A model generated the notes under the pieces. The model was not told where the DNA came from. It ran no database searches and was given only the letters and a program-made list of their open reading frames with translations. 64,000 nt of DNA from the human T2T-CHM13v2.0 reference genome, Homo sapiens. Made by a program: the position numbers and the translations under genes. The stretch lies in the NCBI RefSeq assembly GCF_009914755.1, contig NC_060941.1. One strand, given 5' to 3'. Below, piece after piece: positions 56,881 through 64,000 of the stretch. Each line of letters opens with the position of its first letter. Position 1 is the stretch's first letter.

Positions 56881-59800
56881 TCCCTGGGGCCAAAAGGGGT
56901 GGGGCAAACTCAAGCCCAAGAATTAATAAACACAGCTTCAATTGAGCCCCTCCCTTCCTCCCTCTACAATATTCCCCAGTCCCATTCTTGGGCTTCCATC
57001 TCCAATCCTTCCCCAGCCATAATCATAGGAAGACTATGGAGGCTACTAGGGGTGGATAAGGAGTTTTCTAAGGGGCTAGTTGTTGGATTATAACTGGGGA
57101 GGCTCAGATGAGTAAATACAAAGGCACACAACTTCACTGTCTTCAGAGTCAGACTCTGCCAATCCCAGTTTTGTGGTTGTTGTTTTTTTTTAGACGGAGT
57201 CTTGCTCTGTCACCCAGGCTGTGGAGTATAGTGGCGTGATCTTGGCTCACTGCAACCTCTGCCTCCTGAGTTCAAGTGATTCTCCTGCCTCAGCCTCCCT
57301 AGTAGCTGGGATTACAGGTGTGTGCCACCATGCCCGGCTAATTTTTTTTGTATTTTTGGTAGAGACGGAGTTTCGCCATGTTGGCCAGGCTGGTCTTGAA
57401 CTCCTGACCTCAAGTGGTCCACCCACCTCAGCCTCCCAAAGTGCTGGGATTACAGGCATGAGCCAGTGTGCCCAGATTAATCTGTTTTCATTCTTCCCTG
57501 GGGTAGGGTGGACACAGGATGCTACCCCAAATGAGGAGAGGGATAGGCATGGAAGAGGGACATCCTGGCAATTTCCCTTTGGCCACGTCCCCACCTTCTG
57601 TCTCCCTTGCCACCCCTCCCTCTTGCTACCACTTAAGATATCATACACTAAAATGCACAGAGAAATCAGGATCCAAAACCAAGCTCTATTTTTTTTTTTA
57701 AGATAGAGTCTCTCTATGCTGTCCAACCTGGCTTCAAACTCCTAGTCTCAAGCAATCTTCCTGCCTCAACTTATTGAGTAGCTGGGACTACAGGCACACA
57801 TCACTGTGCCTGGCAAAACCAAGCTATTTTTATGACAGGTGAGCCTATGTCCTGGGACCTCTGGACCTCTGCGGCAGCCCCCAACTCTCTCTCCTGAGGG
57901 GCTGAGTTGCGGAAGACTATAGGCTTCTTGCTTTGAGCAATCAGATGCCAGGCGAGAGGGACACTTGGCGGCACTATTGGACTCAGGCAATAGCAGTATT
58001 TGATAAAGCCTGTAGTCTCAAAAAAACAAAGCAGCAGGTCCCAACCTCCCCTGCAGGGTACAAGGAGGAGGTGGGAGTGGCAGAGAGGCTGAAGAGAAAG
58101 GGAAACAACATGTCCCTCTCCTAGGTATGTGTGGAGTCCCTGCCAGGGCACACCACGGCTGACCAGGAGCTCCACTCCTCCCCTACGCCCCTCCCCTCCC
58201 CAACACCCCTCCTTTCCCCCACTTTTCTCCCCTACACCCCTCCCCTCCCCTACACCTCTCCCCTCCCACTGTCACCAGGCCAGGTGACCACACATTGCCT
58301 CTACTTCAGCACTTACAAGGCTAAGCAGCCAATGGCCACCAATGCTGGCCACTCATAGCCAACGCCACACACACAAACACCCATACACACGCAAAGCAGC
58401 CCCAGGGCCAGGACTGTGCAACTAACTCCCTCAGCAAGTGTCGGAGCCACAGCTAGCCCTAGCTTTGTCAGGGCTAGTCTTCACTCAGCTTTCTGCTGCA
58501 GAGCCCAGAACGGAAGGAGGGGGTGGGGAGCAGTGAGTGTAGCGGAAGGGTACACCTGGGTTCTGGCTCCAGTTTGACTCCCAATCACTTGAGTGACAAT
58601 AGGCTAGTGACTTCCCCTCTCTGGGCCTCAGCTTCCTAAACCACAAAATGAAGGAGTTGAAGTTGATTATTTGCAAAGTGTCTTCTAGCTCAAGAAGTGT
58701 ATAATGAGGCCGGGTGCGGTGGCTCACGCCTGTAATCCCAGCACTTTGGGAGGCTGAGGCAGACGGATTGCTTGAGCTCAGGAATTGGAGACCCTGGGCA
58801 ATGTGGAGAAACCCCATCTCCACCAAAAAATACAAAAATTAGCTGGATGTGGTGGTGCATGTCTGTAGTCCTAGCTACTTGGGGGCCTAAGGCAGGAGGA
58901 ATGCTTGAGCCCGGACGGCAGGGGCTGCAGTGAGCCGTGACAGCTGCCACTACATTCCAGCCTGGGCAACAGAGTGAGACCCTGTCTCAGAAAAACAAAA
59001 CAAAACAAAAAACAAAAAAAAAGAAAAAAAGAAAAGAAAAATTTAAAAAATGCTAATGACAGAATGATGAAATATTCACAATGTTATATTTCCAAAAAAA
59101 AATGGCCCAAGCCACTCCTACTTCTGAGGTTAGTTGCTTAGCAATAATATCCCCTCCCCTCTTGCTATCAGTTGCCCACTCTTTGCTGTCTCCTCATGCT
59201 TTTGACTTTGATCTTTACAATATGAAAAATAAAAATAAAAAGGCCGCGTGGCTCACGCCTGTAACCCCAGCACTTTGGGCGGCCAAGGCAGGAGTATCAC
59301 TTATGCCCAGGAATTCGAGACCAGCCTAAGCAACAGTGGGGACCCTCTAGAAAAAACATTTAGGCTGAGCACAGTGGCTCCCACCTGTAATTCCAGCACT
59401 TTGGGAGGCTGAGGCAGGTGGATCACCTGAGGTCAGGAGTTCGAGACCAGCCTAGCCAACATGGTGAAACCCCGTCTCTGCTAAAAATACAAAAATTAGC
59501 CAGGTGTGGTGGCACATGCCTGTAATCCCAGCTACTTAGGACGGTGAGGCATGAAAATTGCTTGAATCCAGGAGGTGGAGGTTACAGTGAGCTGAGATCA
59601 CGCTACTGCACTCCGGCCTGGGTGACAGAGCAAGACTCTGTCAAAGAAAGAAGAAAGAGAGAGAGAGAGAGAGAAAAGAAGAAAAGAAGAAGGAAAGAAG
59701 GACGGAAGGAATTTAAAAATTAGCTGGGCATGGTGGCTTGTGCCTGTAGTACCAGCTACTTGGGAGGCTGAGATGGTGAGATGGGAGGATTGCTTGAGCC

Positions 59801-60374
59801 TAGGAGTTTGAGGCTGCAGTGAGCTATGATACCACCACTCCAGCCTGGGCTGCAGAGCTAAGATCCTTTCTCAAAAAAAAAAAAAAAAAAAAAAAAGGGA
59901 GGGAGGAACCCAGGGATAGCATGATTTCCTTTCGTCTTGGGAATACCCCTAAAAATACCCTCCCTGCTTTGGACCCAGTGACCAGGAAAAACAACCCAAA
60001 CTCAGTTTGGGAGGAAGGGATGTACTATGCATACTCTCCATGGCCGCTGGGTTTTAGGGATGAAAGGGACCAAAGCCCTGGGTTGAGAATATTTTTGGAC
60101 AAAGGTTTGGGGTTCTTCTAGAGCAAGGTAGCCCTAATTTGCGTTGAATCCAGGAAAGAGGTACAGGTTGGATTGCGATTTGGGGAGGAGAAGCCATCAG
60201 GCTCTCGTTCCAGCCCTGGTGCCCTACCCTTTAATGCCCATGAGACACCTAATCCCTTAAATGCTTCCTGGCCCTTATCCCCAGGCACTTGGAGCAGGTC
60301 TGATGGGCCTTTGCTGCTGGTCCATATGTAGGTCACTGACTTTGCCTCCTCAAAACTGCTCCAGAACACATTTT

Positions 60375-61640
<1,266 letters not shown>

Positions 61641-61877
61641 TAGCTGGGATTACAGGTATGTGCAACCACGCCTGGCTAATTTTGTATTTTTAGTAGAGAC
61701 GGGGTTTCTCCATGTTGGTCAGGCTGGTCTCGAACTCCCCACCTCAGGTGATCCGCCCGCCTCAGCCTCCCAAAGTGTTGGGATTACAGGTGTGAGCCAC
61801 CGCGCCCAGCCCCGTATTTCCATTTTATCCCCACTTTCTGGATCTAAAAGAGCCCTACTCTCCAAATTGTTGCCTGG

Positions 61878-62165
61878 AGGGATGGTTAATGGGTACAAAA
61901 ATACAGTTAGATAGAAGGAATAAGATCTAACGTTCAGTAGCACAATAGGGTGATAGAGTTAACAGAAATTATTGCGTATTTCAAAATAATTAAAGGAGTG
62001 GAATTGGGATGTTCCTAACACAAGGAAATGATAAATGCTTGATATGACGGATACTCTAATTACCCTGATTTGATCATTATACATTGCATACTTGTCTCGA
62101 AATATCACATGTACTCCAAAAATATGTACAACTATTATGTATCCATAGTAATTAAAAATAAAGCC
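61878..62165 (+). mobile_element. L1MA 3' end fragment
   Basis: gatggttaatgggtacaaaaatacagttagatagaaggaataag...accctgatttgatcattatacattg...aattaaaaata. Confidence 0.75.
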
Positions 62166-63161
62166 TTTTAAGTTTAAAAATAAACAAACTGGATGCACGT
62201 GGTAGCTCATGCCTGTAGTCTCAGCACTTTGGGAGGCCCAGACAGGAGAACTGTTTGAACCCAGGAGTTTGAGATCAGCCTGGGCAACTAAGTGAGACCC
62301 CGGACTCTACAAATATGAAAAAAAACAATTTGCCGGGCACGGTGGTGGGCACCTGTAGTCCTAGCTACTCGGGAGGCTGAACCAGGAGGATCACTTGAGC
62401 CCAAGAGTTCGAGACTGCAGTAAGATATGACTGTGTCACTGCACTCCAGCTTGGGCAACAGAGTGAGAACTTGTCTGAAAAACAAAACCAAAAAACCCCA
62501 AAAAACAAATTGTTGCCTGGAAGAATTGGCTCTTTAATGATCATAGTTCCACTCATCTGCATGGCATTTTATTTTATTTATTGTTGTTATTATTATTATT
62601 ATTATTATTTTTGAGATGGAGTCTCACTCTGTCGCCCAGGCTGGAGTGCAATAACACGATCTCGCTCACTGCAACCTCCGCCTCCCAGGTTCAAGCCATT
62701 CTTCTGCCTCAGCCTCCCGAGTAACCAGGATTAGAGGTGCTCACCACCATGCCCGGCTAATTTTTGTATTTTAGTAGAGAGGGGTTTCACCATGTTGGCC
62801 AGGCTGGTCTCGAACTACTGACCTCAAGTGATCCACCTGCCTCAGCCTCCTAAAGTGCTGGGATTACAGGCACGAGCCACCTAGCCCGGCCTCTGCATGG
62901 TATTTTAGAGCAACTGCCTCTATATTCACAATCTGGCCTGATCGTCCTGCAACCCTCAGTCCATTAACTCCTATAACTAGTAGAATTCACTTCTCTCATT
63001 TACTAGCTGTTGCTAGCCAAGTGTCGCCTGATAGAATGCAATGTCAAACTGCTAGGTTTTGTTTGGGAGACAGGGAAGGAAATGCCAGAGAAGGGCAGTA
63101 ATGACTCAGAAGTGAGTTTAAGATGAGGGCTGTGATACCTTGGGGTGGGAGGTGCTGAATT

Positions 63162-63163
<2 letters not shown>

Positions 63164-63195
<32 letters not shown>
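63164..63195 (+). repeat. (GT)16 microsatellite
   Basis: Perfect dinucleotide run. Confidence 0.95.
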
Positions 63196-63196
<1 letters not shown>

Positions 63197-64000
63197 CAAA
63201 TGCAAACTTAAAGCTGTGAAATCATTAAGTCTAGAAGTTCCCTGAATTTGGGGTGGGGCCATACAAGGGATTCCCTCCTTTTCTCCCCAGGAATAGGGTA
63301 TGGAAGGCCAGATGTCTCCATCCCACAACGGGGGCCTTCCCATCCCTTGGTGTTCTCTGCCCCGCCCCCACTGCCACATCATCACCTCCCACCCCTGTAG
63401 TGGGGAATACAGCATCCCTTCCCCTATGGCCCCTCCAGAGAATTCACACCATCCCAGGAAACTTTCTCCAAATCTCTGTCTCTTTGCCTGGCCACCCAAC
63501 ATCCTGCCCCTTCAGCCGGACTTTACCATAAATGCTGCTGCCCCCAATCTTCCCTAATAGGCCTGCCAAGGCACAGAGCTATTTTTACCTCCTTCCCTTC
63601 TCAGGCCTGCAGACCTCTGGGAGGAGCAGGAGCAGCCTCTGCTTTCCTCCAGCAGCCGGGTCCCCACCTGGAACATCTGCTCTGCAGCTCAGGGAAGTTC
63701 TGCTTTCCCAAGCCTCACCCCATTTGCTGGAATCTTTTCCTTACGTCTGAAGTCTTCCCCAGGTTGGGACCATTTCAGTTCTTAGTTATTCCCTCTGTGG
63801 GTTTGGGACTCCATTTGAGCTACTCTTACTACCTCAACTCTCTGTCACCCACTGGCCTTGGTTTAGTGCAGATTCATTTGAAGCCACCTGTGATTAGAAC
63901 ACATTCCCTCCCACCCCCTAAAATATAGACATATCCCTGCAGATTGCTGGAGAGGGCAGAACAGAGGGATGCCAGTGGCCTCTGCAGATAAGTCTTTCTC

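Overview
Human (primate) genomic DNA, recognisably the STAT3-CAVIN1(PTRF) interval of chr17q21.2, with both genes on the minus strand. Layout: 1-30488 is part of STAT3 intron 1; 30489-~30705 is STAT3 non-coding exon 1, inside a CpG-island promoter carrying the SBE+CRE autoregulatory element; ~31.5-45.7 kb is intergenic; 45715-48654 is the last exon of CAVIN1 (coding 47953-48654 plus a 2.2-kb 3'UTR); 48655-64000 is CAVIN1 intron 1. The window is extremely Alu-dense, with additional L1, L2, MIR, LTR and DNA-transposon fragments. Apart from the CAVIN1 exon, the ORF-track entries are Alu-derived or antisense shadows. Most unusual observations: (1) three separate 48-60 bp unique sequences in STAT3 intron 1 are each duplicated about 2 kb away, and one sits in a circularly permuted Alu-flank arrangement suggesting circle integration or a double template switch; (2) a tandem duplication in the CAVIN1 3'UTR doubles a 10-nt miR-187-3p match; (3) a cluster of perfect STAT (GAS) sites lies upstream of STAT3; (4) the intergenic interval appears about 1.06 kb longer than the reference spacing I recall. 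I found no evidence for a new protein-coding system.
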